A stretch of 62,016 nt of DNA, filler included. It is 4 parts of 4 records of this genome, joined end to end, with 100 filler letters (N's around TTAATTAATTAA, not from the genome) between each part and the next. Parts side by side here need not be neighbours in the genome. Positions count along the whole stretch, not along the records: positions 33,163 to 62,016 come from SRR31147125_20548; 3 more parts are not named here. One strand, given 5' to 3'. Shown here one piece after another: positions 40,391 to 49,724 of the stretch (position 1 is the stretch's first letter; each line of letters begins with the position of its first letter). The translations under genes were made by a program, and so were the position numbers. The notes under the pieces are model-generated. The model searched no databases. It was not told the DNA's origin and worked only from the letters and a program-made list of their open reading frames with translations.

Positions 40391-41164
40391 TCAGCGCGGC
40401 AGCTGACCGACGAGATCGGCCACATGCGGGTAAAACAGGAACGCGGTATCGATGCCCATGCGCTCAGCGAGGACGAGCTTGCGCCGGATGCTCTCGGCAT
40501 CGTCAAACAAGACGAAGTGCGCGCCTTTTTTATCCCAGTATGTAAAGTACTGCGCGTAAAGCGCTTCTGAAAAAAACGGTTTTGGCGCGTATTGTTTTAC
40601 CAGTGCGTCAAATGCCTCGGGTGACAGCTGCTTGCCGGTCCCGGTTGAGGATGGCAGCGTGAAGTCCATCCGAACGCGCTCGATTTCCAGCGCGACGCGC
40701 CCGACGCCGTATTTGCCAAGGGCAGTAACGATGTGCTCCTGCAGCGTCCCGCCTGAGAGTGCTGTCGGCAGTAGCACAACAGCCTCGGCACTGGCATCGG
40801 CCATTTTCTCGGGGACATACAACCTAAAGCCGTTTTTTTTAGCCTCTGCGCCCAGTTCGCCAGCCATGGGAAAAAGCGGTTTTGCCGGCGTGTTGCCAAC
40901 ATCTAAAATAATGCCTTCAAAATTACGGCGGCGGCATTCGCCGATGATCTCCGCCATGAGCGCGGAGGATGGTCCGCCACCGGTGTAGCCGCCCGTATCG
41001 ACGACGAGCAGCCCGCCATTTGAAACGCGTGCGCGTTCCGAGCGGAAGAGATGATACCCCCGGCCGATACGGTAGATCATATGCGCTACCTTAAAACCGG
41101 TCGCGGCGGCGGCGCTGACGGATTCCGGCGGCGCTACCAGATAGATTTTTGCGGCGTTGTCCAA
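40391..41164 (-). CDS. Hypothetical protein with a degenerate GH18-like (spore YdhD/YaaH-like) barrel
   Basis: NFEGIILDVG; YFTYWDKKGAHFVLFDDAESIRRKLVLAERMGI; GGAGG RBS before TTG. Confidence 0.55.
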   Translation of the reverse strand: MDNAAKIYLVAPPESVSAAAATGFKVAHMIYRIGRGYHLFRSERARVSNGGLLVVDTGGYTGGGPSSALMAEIIGECRRRNFEGIILDVGNTPAKPLFPMAGELGAEAKKNGFRLYVPEKMADASAEAVVLLPTALSGGTLQEHIVTALGKYGVGRVALEIERVRMDFTLPSSTGTGKQLSPEAFDALVKQYAPKPFFSEALYAQYFTYWDKKGAHFVLFDDAESIRRKLVLAERMGIDTAFLFYPHVADLVGQLPR

Positions 41165-41270
41165 CGTCGATCCCTCCCGTACATCGGTATGATTGTCCAA
41201 ATATGCCGCGTCACAACAGACGGACGGCTCGGACGGTGACAGTATAAAATATGTTTTTAAGGTGCCTGAT

Positions 41271-41804
41271 ATGAGCTTTTCTTTGATCCCGGACTATTCG
41301 TTTTCAAACATATGCGCCGTAACGCCTGAATTTTTAAAGCGGCGGGGCATCCGTCTGCTGCTGCTGGATCTTGACAATACAATGGCGCCGTACGGAACAA
41401 ACGAGCCGAGCGAGGATATTGCCGTCTGGGCCGAAAATATGAAGGGAAACGGGATTGAGCTTTTTATTATTACAAACAACAGACGGTTAAAACGTGTGGA
41501 GAGCCTCGCAGCCGCCTTCGGGGTGGACTATATTATGGGAGCGAACAAGCCTTTTTCAGCCGATATTAAAAAGGCGCTCAGCCAGCTCGGCAAAAAACCG
41601 TCGGAAACGGCGCTGGCCGGCGATCAGATCTATACGGACGTTATCGCCGCCAACAGCGCCGGCATTACGTCCATTGTCGTCGAGCCTATCGGGATGCTCC
41701 ACCCGGCGATCAATTTGCGTTACTGGCTCGAGGCCCCGTTCCGTGCCGCATGCCGGCGCCGGATGCGCCGGCGTGGGTGTTTGGGTCCGGCGGGCGATGC
41801 GTAA
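41271..41804 (+). CDS. yqeG: YqeG-family HAD IIIA phosphatase
   Basis: LLDLDNT, ITNN, ANKP, AGDQIYTDV. Confidence 0.88.
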   Translation: MSFSLIPDYSFSNICAVTPEFLKRRGIRLLLLDLDNTMAPYGTNEPSEDIAVWAENMKGNGIELFIITNNRRLKRVESLAAAFGVDYIMGANKPFSADIKKALSQLGKKPSETALAGDQIYTDVIAANSAGITSIVVEPIGMLHPAINLRYWLEAPFRAACRRRMRRRGCLGPAGDA

Positions 41805-41836
41805 AGCCATTTCGTTTAAATTGCCGTACTCAAAAA

Positions 41837-41891
41837 GGGCGGATATAGAATCCGCCCCTACCGGTTGGTAGAAACGACCATTGGTCGTCTA
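41837..41891. repeat. REP doublet (GTAG-type)
   Basis: GGGCGGATATAGAATCCGCCC-CTAC, 6-nt spacer, GTAG-AAACGACCATTGGTCGTCT. Confidence 0.7.
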
Positions 41892-41939
41892 TTAAAAGGC
41901 TGGCAGGATTTAAAAATAATGACATCGGAGACATATATC

Positions 41940-43004
41940 ATGAACAATATTGAGAAAATAAAGGCAGCCGTTAAAAGCAGCGCGCTGGATGCTGTTTTAA
42001 TCACAAGCCCGGCTAACCGGCTTTACGCCACTGGCTTTACCTCGTCTGCGGGCATTGCGCTAGTTACTGCTGAAAACGCCTGGTTTTTCACGGACTCGCG
42101 TTATTATGAAGCAGCCTCCAATGAAATAGAGGGCGTGGACGTTGCGCTTGTGGGCGGCGCTGAGACCTACGGGAAAAAACTGAATGAAATCATTGCGGAT
42201 GCCGATATTAAAACACTCGGGTTTGAAGACGAGAGCGTCACGTATGCGGAATATAATACGTGGCATGAAAAGCTGGAGGCCCCGCTGGAGCCTGCACAGA
42301 CTCTTCTGACAGACTTGCGGGCTGTTAAGAGCCAGGAGGACCTGGACGGACTCATCCGCGCTCAGCGGCTGGCGGAGCAGGCGTTTGAGCAGGTTCTGCC
42401 GCTCATATCAACGGACATCACCGAAAAGGAGCTGGCGGCCGAGCTGATTTACCGTTTTTTAAAGCTGGGGGCGGAGGACGTGTCGTTTGACCCCATCGTT
42501 GTGTCCGGCGTGCGCTCCAGTATGCCGCACGGCGTACCCACCGACACGCATATCTCCCGAGGGTTTCTAACGATTGATTTCGGCGTGAAGCTCGGCGGCT
42601 GGTGCTCGGATACGACGCGTACGATCTGCGTCGGCGGCTATGACAGCGAGATGCGCCGTGTTTACGATACGGTGCTCAGCGCGCAGACCGCCGGAATCGA
42701 GGCCGTTAAAGCCGGCGTGCCGGGCAGCGAGATCGACGGCGCGGCTAGGCGCGTTATCGAAGCGGCGGGGTACGGACCATATTTCGGCCATGGCTTCGGG
42801 CACGGGCTGGGGCTTGAGGTGCATGAAGCGCCGAACGCCGCGCCGTCCAACACGGACGGGGTTCCGGCGGGGGCTGTGATCTCAGCCGAACCGGGCATAT
42901 ATCTGCCGGGACGCTACGGTGTGCGGATAGAGGATGTGCTATATGTGACGCCTGACGGCTGCGAAAATTTGACAAAACTGCCGAAGGAACTTTTAGTCGT
43001 ATAA
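41940..43004 (+). CDS. pepP: Xaa-Pro aminopeptidase (M24B)
   Basis: TDSRY, PHG, IDFG, SDTTRT, HGFGHGLGLEVHE, EPGIY, GVRIED. Confidence 0.9.
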   Translation: MNNIEKIKAAVKSSALDAVLITSPANRLYATGFTSSAGIALVTAENAWFFTDSRYYEAASNEIEGVDVALVGGAETYGKKLNEIIADADIKTLGFEDESVTYAEYNTWHEKLEAPLEPAQTLLTDLRAVKSQEDLDGLIRAQRLAEQAFEQVLPLISTDITEKELAAELIYRFLKLGAEDVSFDPIVVSGVRSSMPHGVPTDTHISRGFLTIDFGVKLGGWCSDTTRTICVGGYDSEMRRVYDTVLSAQTAGIEAVKAGVPGSEIDGAARRVIEAAGYGPYFGHGFGHGLGLEVHEAPNAAPSNTDGVPAGAVISAEPGIYLPGRYGVRIEDVLYVTPDGCENLTKLPKELLVV

Positions 43005-43076
43005 TTTGTCCTTGCAAACGTAAAAAAGATAGGATAAAATCCCAAAGGGAGAAGACAATAAATTGGAGGATGCAAT

Positions 43077-43640
43077 ATGATTACAGCAAGCGATTTTAGA
43101 AACGGCGTGACCTTTGAGTGGGACGGAAAAGTCATGCAGGTTGTCGAGTTCCAGCATGTCAAGCCGGGTAAAGGCGCCGCGTTTGTCCGTACCAAAGTTA
43201 AGAACGTCATCACCGGCGCTGTCGTCGAGACATCTTTCAGCCCGACAGATAAATTTGAAAACGCTTACGTCGAAAGACGTGATAAGGAATACAGCTATAA
43301 TGACGGTAATCTGTATTACTTTATGGATATGGAGACGTTTGAGCTCGAACCCGTCGACGGGAGCCTCTTGGGCGACAACTTTAAGTTTGTCAAGGAAAAC
43401 ATGACGTGCACAATCTATTCCTATAAGGGTAAGATTTTCAACGTTGAGCCGCCCAACTTTGTCGAGCTCGTAATCACGCAGACGGACCCGGGTTTTAAGG
43501 GCGATACGGCTACAAACGTGACAAAGCCCGCGATCGTTGAGACCGGCGCGGAAGTTAAAGTGCCGCTTTTCATCAGCGAAGGGGAGAAGATCCGCATCGA
43601 TACAAGGACCGGGGAATATCTGGAGCGTGCAAAGGGCTAA
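43077..43640 (+). CDS. efp: Elongation factor P
   Basis: [29 protein letters not shown]. Confidence 0.97.
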   Translation: MITASDFRNGVTFEWDGKVMQVVEFQHVKPGKGAAFVRTKVKNVITGAVVETSFSPTDKFENAYVERRDKEYSYNDGNLYYFMDMETFELEPVDGSLLGDNFKFVKENMTCTIYSYKGKIFNVEPPNFVELVITQTDPGFKGDTATNVTKPAIVETGAEVKVPLFISEGEKIRIDTRTGEYLERAKG

Positions 43641-43689
43641 AATCTGTCAAGATTTTAGAATATAACAGATGCATAAAGGAGGCATTGTT

Positions 43690-44145
43690 ATGACAATCAC
43701 GGAAAAAGTCGCGTATCTGAAAGGACTTGCTGAAGGAATGTCGCTGGACACCGAGAAGAATGAAGGTAAGCTCATATCGGTCATAATTGATACGCTTGAG
43801 GACATCGCGCTTGAAATTGAGGAACTGAACGAGAATACATTCGATATCGGGGACGAGCTTGACGCGATTTCAGACGATCTGGCTGACGTTGAGGAAGTGC
43901 TGTTCGGCAGCGAAGACGATGAGGACGACGATTGCTGCGACAGTGGCGATTCCTGTTGTTGCTGCGGCGAGACCGTCGGCGAGGACGATTACGCGTACGA
44001 GGTAACGTGCCCCTCCTGTGGCGAAGATATCATCGTGGAAGAAGAAGACCTTGAAAACGGCGATATGGTTTGCCCCAACTGTGGCGAAAAGCTGGATTTT
44101 GAATTCGACGAGGAAGAAGAAGACGGCGAATCAAAGAACGACTAA
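43690..44145 (+). CDS. CD1247-like acidic zinc-ribbon protein
   Basis: EKVAYLKGLAEG; CPSC..CPNC; typical position after efp. Confidence 0.8.
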   Translation: MTITEKVAYLKGLAEGMSLDTEKNEGKLISVIIDTLEDIALEIEELNENTFDIGDELDAISDDLADVEEVLFGSEDDEDDDCCDSGDSCCCCGETVGEDDYAYEVTCPSCGEDIIVEEEDLENGDMVCPNCGEKLDFEFDEEEEDGESKND

Positions 44146-44191
44146 AAAAGGGCGACGGCCCTGGACAAGTCCCAGCACAATCAAGTGCCTA

Positions 44192-44233
44192 AAAATACCC
44201 CGGCATGCCATTGCGGCATGTCCGGGGATTTTT
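44192..44233 (+). terminator. Intrinsic terminator
   Basis: CCCCGGCATGCC-ATTGC-GGCATGTCCGGGG-ATTTTT. Confidence 0.75.
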
Positions 44234-44292
44234 GCATATTGTGTACAAAAAGTAAATATTAAGTGTTTTCCGGCTGAGGAATCGCTAAAATA

Positions 44293-44321
44293 TTGACATC
44301 ATACCCTCAAAATAGTACATT
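44293..44321 (+). promoter_or_regulatory. Sigma-A promoter of the P-type ATPase-like gene
   Basis: TTGACA-17-TACATT. Confidence 0.6.
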
Positions 44322-44406
44322 AATAAATAATATATGTAAAAATCTGTCGCATTGTCACACTTTTTCAGTTGGAAAAAGCAAAACCCAGGGGATTGAGGTA
44401 TGAAAT

Positions 44407-46392
44407 GTGAACGATGAAATAGAAAAAAAGAGCTTACTGCCGCCTATACTGCTTACGGATATCCTGCTCATTGCCTGCTGCGCCGTCGCCGCGGCGCTGT
44501 TTGTTGTGGCGGCGCTTATGCAGCTTGACGAACGAGTGGAAAATTTTATCTTCATAGCCTGTGTGATTCTGCTGTTATACGATCTGCTTTTTGACGCGGT
44601 CATGAAAATTATTAATGAGAGCTTGTTCGACTATAATCTGCTGGCGATTTTCGCCGCTGTCGGTACGCTGCTCATCGGATGGGGCATGGCCGCGGCGGCT
44701 GCGGCTTTGATTTACAGGATTGGCGCCGTTGCCAACAGGCTGATGGCCGAACGTTCTGTTATCACCGCTGAAAGCATGCTGGACATAAGGCCGGAGGTTG
44801 TCAATGCCGTTGTGAGCGGCGCGATTGTACAAATGTCGGCCGGTAAAATTGAGGTCGGCGATGTGATTTCCGTCGCCCCCGGCGAATATATCGCATTTGA
44901 CGGGCTTGTGACGGGCGGCGAATCCGCGCTCGATATTTCGGTAATGACCGGAGAGAAGGAGCCGCGTTCCGTCTCGACCGGCAGCAAGGTAATGTCGGGC
45001 AGCCTCAATCTTACGGGTGTTTTGAATATTCGTGTAACATCGGATTTTGATGATTCATCTGTATCGCGTGTTGTCCAGTATTTAAACGATGCTGAAAGCC
45101 GCAAGTCCAGGTCGGAGAAAACGGCGGCCTGGCTGGCAAGGCTCTTTATGCCGGCGGCCTGTGCCGTAGCTTTAATATTCGGCGTGCTCGTCCCGCTTAT
45201 CGGCGGCCTGGAATGGCGTCCCTGGCTGGGCCGGGGCTTCGGTATTCTCTTTATTTCGAGCCTTAGCGCGCAGGCGATTTCGATCCAGCTGACGTATTAC
45301 AACAGTATAGCCGGCGCGCTTAAAAAGGGCATCCTGTTCAAGGGCGCGGATGTTGTGGATACTCTTGCCCACGCCACGTCCGTCGTATTTGATATGACCG
45401 GCATTCTGACAGCCGGCCGCTTCCAGGTGGTTGACGTTCATCCCAATAATCTCTCGCGGGAACGGCTTTTGATGCTGGCCGCCTACGCCGCGGCCAATGC
45501 CAATACGCCGATTATGCGTGCTATCACGGCGGAGGCCGATGTGGAAGTGGATTTCACCAAGATTAATGCCTACCGTCCCTCGCCGCTCGGCGGATACGAG
45601 GTTGATATCGGCAGCATTACCGTATCGGTTGGCGGCGAGGCCTTTATGGCGGAGCTGGGCATTACCCCGGATATATCGAGCGCGGCGGCTACCGCCGTCT
45701 ATGTAGCCCTTAATGGACGGTATGCCGGGCGGCTGTTGCTGGCGGACGCCATCCGTCCCGATGCGAAAAATGCCGTACGTCGTCTGCAGTCAAACGGTGT
45801 GGACCGGATTGCCATGTTTACGGGGGATAACATTAACGCCGCAGGCGATGTGGCCACGCAGATCGGCATCGGCGAGCTTTACACGGAAACACGCCCGGAG
45901 GATAAAATCATGCGCCTGATCGGGCTCCATGATATGCAGCTGAGGGGTGACAAGCTGATCTTTGTCGGCGATGCCTCGGACGACCCGTCGGTACTGAAAC
46001 GCGCCGACGCCGGCATCATCATGGGCGGGCTCGGCCCGCGTGAGGTTGAAGAGGCCGCCGATATGATCATTATGACCGATGCGCCGTCCAAGGTGGCCGA
46101 GGCGATCATTCTCGCACGCAAAACGCATCAAATTGTCCGGCAGAATATACCGGTTCTGCTCGGGGCCAAGGGCGTGCTGCTTTTGCTTCTGGTGACTGGT
46201 GTTTTCCCAATCTGGGCAGGCGTGCTGGCCGACGCGCTTTTAATGTTTGCGGCGATCTTAAATGCCATGCGCGCATTCGGCATGACAAGGCAGGAAATCC
46301 GAGACGCGCTGTCAAGGCATATGCCGGCGGACAATGAAACGTATGAGTATGATGAGGATACGTATGAGTATGATGAGGATACAGAATATTAA
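44407..46392 (+). CDS. P1B (CadA/ZntA-like) P-type ATPase homolog with degenerate motifs
   Basis: PGEYIAFDG, MTGE, GILFKG, FDMTGILT, FTGD, PEDK, FVGDASDD, AADMII. Confidence 0.85.
   Translation: MNDEIEKKSLLPPILLTDILLIACCAVAAALFVVAALMQLDERVENFIFIACVILLLYDLLFDAVMKIINESLFDYNLLAIFAAVGTLLIGWGMAAAAAALIYRIGAVANRLMAERSVITAESMLDIRPEVVNAVVSGAIVQMSAGKIEVGDVISVAPGEYIAFDGLVTGGESALDISVMTGEKEPRSVSTGSKVMSGSLNLTGVLNIRVTSDFDDSSVSRVVQYLNDAESRKSRSEKTAAWLARLFMPAACAVALIFGVLVPLIGGLEWRPWLGRGFGILFISSLSAQAISIQLTYYNSIAGALKKGILFKGADVVDTLAHATSVVFDMTGILTAGRFQVVDVHPNNLSRERLLMLAAYAAANANTPIMRAITAEADVEVDFTKINAYRPSPLGGYEVDIGSITVSVGGEAFMAELGITPDISSAAATAVYVALNGRYAGRLLLADAIRPDAKNAVRRLQSNGVDRIAMFTGDNINAAGDVATQIGIGELYTETRPEDKIMRLIGLHDMQLRGDKLIFVGDASDDPSVLKRADAGIIMGGLGPREVEEAADMIIMTDAPSKVAEAIILARKTHQIVRQNIPVLLGAKGVLLLLLVTGVFPIWAGVLADALLMFAAILNAMRAFGMTRQEIRDALSRHMPADNETYEYDEDTYEYDEDTEY
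46339..46380 (+). repeat. Perfect 21-bp in-frame tandem duplication
   Basis: ACGTATGAGTATGATGAGGAT x2 encoding TYEYDED. Confidence 0.95.
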
Positions 46393-46438
46393 AGGCCGGT
46401 TGCATTACAGTGCGGTGGAATAAGCCTCCTATACAACA

Positions 46439-46468
46439 ATTGAGACGGCCTTTGCAGCCCGTCTCAAT
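46439..46468. terminator. Hairpin between convergent genes
   Basis: ATTGAGACGG...CCGTCTCAAT. Confidence 0.7.
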
Positions 46469-46477
46469 AGGTAACTG

Positions 46478-46612
46478 TTATTGTGCGTTTTTCTTTTGGC
46501 TTTGATTCTGGCCCTGGTTCTGGCTCTGGTTTTGATTTTGCCCCTGACTCGGATTTCGGTTCTGCTGTTTCTGGAACTGGTCCTGCTTTTGATTTCTGCT
46601 TTTTGAGGACAC
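46478..46612 (-). CDS. Unannotated 44-aa Q/N-rich microprotein, candidate small spore protein
   Basis: AAAAGGAGGTGA RBS, GTG start, MSSKSRNQKQDQFQKQQNRNPSQGQNQNQSQNQGQNQSQKKNAQ*, hairpin 9 nt after the stop. Confidence 0.75.
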   Translation of the reverse strand: MSSKSRNQKQDQFQKQQNRNPSQGQNQNQSQNQGQNQSQKKNAQ

Positions 46613-46643
46613 TTGCATTCACCTCCTTTTAGAGAGCTAAGAT

Positions 46644-46672
46644 TATTTTGCGCAGCGCAAACCAAAATATAC
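46644..46672 (-). promoter_or_regulatory. Sigma-G/F-like forespore promoter
   Basis: GTATA-17-CAAAATA on the minus strand directly upstream of the RBS. Confidence 0.55.
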
Positions 46673-46837
46673 CATATGAGCGAGACCGCGGACCTTTTTT
46701 TCACTCTTATTTCCTTTGACTTGTAACAATCGTGAAAAAGTGATAAAATACCGGATGTCCAACCGGCAAAGCGACTTGTAAAAAATGATCTGCCGGTTTA
46801 AAGTGAACGTTTAAAAGAGCAAGATAGGGGTGCATTT

Positions 46838-47572
46838 ATGTCAGGACATTCGAAATGGCATAATATTCAGAAAACAAAGGGTGCGGCCGACGCAAAAAGA
46901 GCGAAGGCCTTCACGAAAATCGCGCGTGAAATGATCGTCGCGGTTAAAGAAGGCGGTAGTGGCGACCCTGCCAACAATTCACGTCTGGCGGCTGTTGTTG
47001 CCAAGGCGAAGGCGGCCAATATGCCGAACGATAATATTAAACGGACGATTGACAAGGCGCTTGGCAGCGGCAACAGCGAAAATTACGAGAGCGTTATCTA
47101 CGAGGGCTACGGTCCGGCCGGTGTGGCGGTTATCGTCGAGGCCATGACCGACAACCGCAACCGTACAGCCTCCGAGGTCCGCCATAATTTCGATAAGTAC
47201 GGCGGCAATATGGGTGCTACAGGCTGTGTGTCCTGGTCGTTTGACCGCAAGGGCGTAATCATCATCGATAACGAGGACGGCGACCTTGACGAGGACACGG
47301 TCCTGACAGACGCGCTGGAAGCGGGCGCAGAGGACCTTGTGACGGAGGAGAGTGTCTTTGAGGTGTATACCTCGCCAGACGATTTCAGCGCCGTTAACGA
47401 TGCGCTGGAGGCCAAGGGCTACAAGTTCCTGTCTGCACAGACGGAAATGGTTCCGCAAAATTACATTAAGCTCACCGAGGCCGACGACCTTAAGAACATG
47501 GAAAAGATGCTCGAGCTCATGGAGGACAACGACGACGTCCAGGATGTCTGGCACAACTGGGAGCAGGAGTAG
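46838..47572 (+). CDS. yebC: YebC/PmpR-family protein
   Basis: MSGHSKW, YEGYGP, TDNRNRT, DDVQDVWHN. Confidence 0.95.
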   Translation: MSGHSKWHNIQKTKGAADAKRAKAFTKIAREMIVAVKEGGSGDPANNSRLAAVVAKAKAANMPNDNIKRTIDKALGSGNSENYESVIYEGYGPAGVAVIVEAMTDNRNRTASEVRHNFDKYGGNMGATGCVSWSFDRKGVIIIDNEDGDLDEDTVLTDALEAGAEDLVTEESVFEVYTSPDDFSAVNDALEAKGYKFLSAQTEMVPQNYIKLTEADDLKNMEKMLELMEDNDDVQDVWHNWEQE

Positions 47573-47607
47573 GCGACCCGAGTATCTAAAAGATTTTAGA
47601 CGGTCAA

Positions 47608-47653
47608 AATAAAGGCACAAAGCGATGACGTCTTGCCGCTTTGTGCCTTTATT
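47608..47653 (+). terminator. Intrinsic terminator
   Basis: AATAAAGGCACAAAGCG...CGCTTTGTGCCTTTATT. Confidence 0.8.
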
Positions 47654-47708
47654 GGATTGTCGTCCGTTTTGATTTGCGAATATTACTCCTGATAGTTTAG
47701 TTTGGCTG

Positions 47709-47753
47709 TCATCCGCTTAGGTGATTTAAATAAGCCGCTTATTAAGGTATAAT
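47709..47753 (+). promoter_or_regulatory. Imperfect palindrome abutting a sigma-A promoter of the LuxR gene
   Basis: TCATC-CGCTTA-GGTGA followed directly by TTTAAA-17-TATAAT. Confidence 0.45.
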
Positions 47754-47815
47754 TGACGGGCGGGGGTAAGCTTAATTACTAAGTTCCGGGTTGAAATCAT
47801 GATGGAGGTATCGTT

Positions 47816-48868
47816 ATGGATCAAAGATCTTTACTCAAGTTAAACCGCCTGATCGCAAGCTCGTATGAATGTTTCTCGTTTATGGAATTTCTGAAGCTGG
47901 CCATCCTGCAGCTGCACGAACTTGTCGCCTATGACAGCGGTATGTTTTTCTGCGCCATCAGCAGGGATTGCAGCTTTTTCAAGCCATACATAACGGGCAG
48001 CGTTGAGGGCTATTATGAAAAACAGCCGTTTGATGAACGTGAAGATTATCTGAAAAAAAACGAAGAAAACGACGCCGGCACCGAAGCTCTGGTCTATAAA
48101 GCAACGGACCTGTCCAGCGGAGATGTTACTGTAGATATCGAGCCGCGAACGGCTTTTTTGATGGATCAGGAGAATTTTCACGTTGTATGTATAAGACTCG
48201 TCTACAAGGGACAGTTTTTAGGGGAGATCTATCTGCATCGAAGTCACGATAAACCTGATTTCGACGATGAGGATCTATTCGTATTAAGATTGCTTCAGCC
48301 TCACATTGCCAATGTTTTTAATATCATCCATACCATGACGGCGATTAATTATCTTGAGACGAACGACGGAGACTTGTCCAAGCTGGGACTATGCGTTTTT
48401 GGAAAGCACCTGAGCCTCTTGGGCGGCAACGTGGCAGGCCTGGCCATGCTGAAAATACCGACGGTATTCGGCTCCAGCGTACTCTATCACGTAAAGGAAT
48501 TATGTGAGGATCTGTACGGCAATGCAGACGGTTTATCTAAACTGCAGGACTGCTATAAAATACTAAAGACCAACAATGGAGATTTGATGGCGGACATCAT
48601 TTTGAGGCGTGACAGAAAAGGCGAGCCGCAGTATTTGGTGATGATGAAATTCCAGGACAGCGACGCGCTTATAGCCGACTATAAGTTTAAATTTACAAAA
48701 CGCGAAGCTGATATTATAGACGGCATTATCCAGGGGAAAAGCAATACGCAGCTGGCGGAAGCCTTTAGCTTGTCGGAAAATACAATCAAAACCCATGTGC
48801 GCAGCATCTACCGCAAGGTGGGCGCCAATAATCGGACGGAGTTGACCTATATTCTTATGTCGAGCTAG
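47816..48868 (+). CDS. LuxR-type HTH regulator with GAF-like sensor region
   Basis: LGEIYLHR..PDFDDEDLFVLRLLQPHI; FTKREADII..GKSNTQLA..LSENTIKTHVRSIYRK. Confidence 0.88.
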   Translation: MDQRSLLKLNRLIASSYECFSFMEFLKLAILQLHELVAYDSGMFFCAISRDCSFFKPYITGSVEGYYEKQPFDEREDYLKKNEENDAGTEALVYKATDLSSGDVTVDIEPRTAFLMDQENFHVVCIRLVYKGQFLGEIYLHRSHDKPDFDDEDLFVLRLLQPHIANVFNIIHTMTAINYLETNDGDLSKLGLCVFGKHLSLLGGNVAGLAMLKIPTVFGSSVLYHVKELCEDLYGNADGLSKLQDCYKILKTNNGDLMADIILRRDRKGEPQYLVMMKFQDSDALIADYKFKFTKREADIIDGIIQGKSNTQLAEAFSLSENTIKTHVRSIYRKVGANNRTELTYILMSS

Positions 48869-48931
48869 GCTGTTAAAGAGCGCTATATGAAATTTTAGCT
48901 AATGATCAATGGTTAAATTGAAGACCTGGTA

Positions 48932-49390
48932 TTGGAGGTCCCCTTGACAAGAAGCTTTACTATTGATGAAGAAATTCTGATCAATCAATTTTCACAGGGA
49001 TTGATTGATTTAGAAAAAATGAATGCCTGGTTTCAATCACATGACCCTGAAAATAAAAAAGACATCATACACAATCTATTAAACATAATGATTCAATCTC
49101 ACCCGACCTATGAAGAGATTGAAGCAGCGGCGCGATCAATAAAAAAACTGACCTCGCCCTCTGCTGTTAAGCTGCTAAACCGCCATAAGCCCTTTGAACG
49201 ATTTGGACATGAGCTTTGTGAATTGCCGGAAATGGAGATGCTTAACAGCTTTGATATAGTGCTATTATCATTTGCTGGAGCCGACAGCAGGCGGAAGTCG
49301 CAGGAAAACCCCAATGAATGTAATCATTGGTGGCATAAAGATTTATCCGATGAAGAATATTTAAAAGAGTTAAGAACGCATCGGCAATGA
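48932..49390 (+). CDS. DUF5958-like protein
   Basis: INQFSQG..WF..; ADSRRK...CNHWWH. Confidence 0.65.
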   Translation: MEVPLTRSFTIDEEILINQFSQGLIDLEKMNAWFQSHDPENKKDIIHNLLNIMIQSHPTYEEIEAAARSIKKLTSPSAVKLLNRHKPFERFGHELCELPEMEMLNSFDIVLLSFAGADSRRKSQENPNECNHWWHKDLSDEEYLKELRTHRQ

Positions 49391-49410
49391 AGATCGAAAA
49401 TATTTAGCTG

Positions 49411-49448
49411 AAATCAGGGGATGACGTGTGCAGTCATCCCCTGATTTT
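49411..49448 (+). terminator. Intrinsic terminator
   Basis: AAATCAGGGGATGAC...GTCATCCCCTGATTTT. Confidence 0.85.
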
Positions 49449-49724
49449 AACTATTTAAATCGCTTGTAACATAAAAACACACGGATTCAAAACCGGTCAG
49501 ATACCGGTGCGGGTCTTTTCAGGATGTTACTGGAATTGCGGAATTTGCCCGGCTCTGCTACGGTGGTCGCCAGCTACAAGATGCGTTCGATTCCGTTTCG
49601 GCCGATGGCCGCCGGGACGCCGGTATGTTTCCTCCGCTGTATGACGTCGCGCTCGACGCATGATTGGATGATTTCGCCGTAAAAAAGAAATACTTAATAC
49701 GAAACACAAAAAGGAGGCGCCGGT

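Noticed and set aside
44316-44338. ArsR/CadC-like operator at the P-type ATPase promoter (TACAT...ATGTA)
   Set aside because: Only 5-bp arms in AT-rich DNA and no ArsR gene nearby
46429-46704. 91-aa Arg-rich ORF from the track
   Set aside because: Alternate-frame shadow of the Q/N-rich ORF, which owns the RBS and terminator
49490-49700. GC-rich intergenic patch before the DUF2892 gene
   Set aside because: Translations in several frames gave nothing recognisable and no convincing structure
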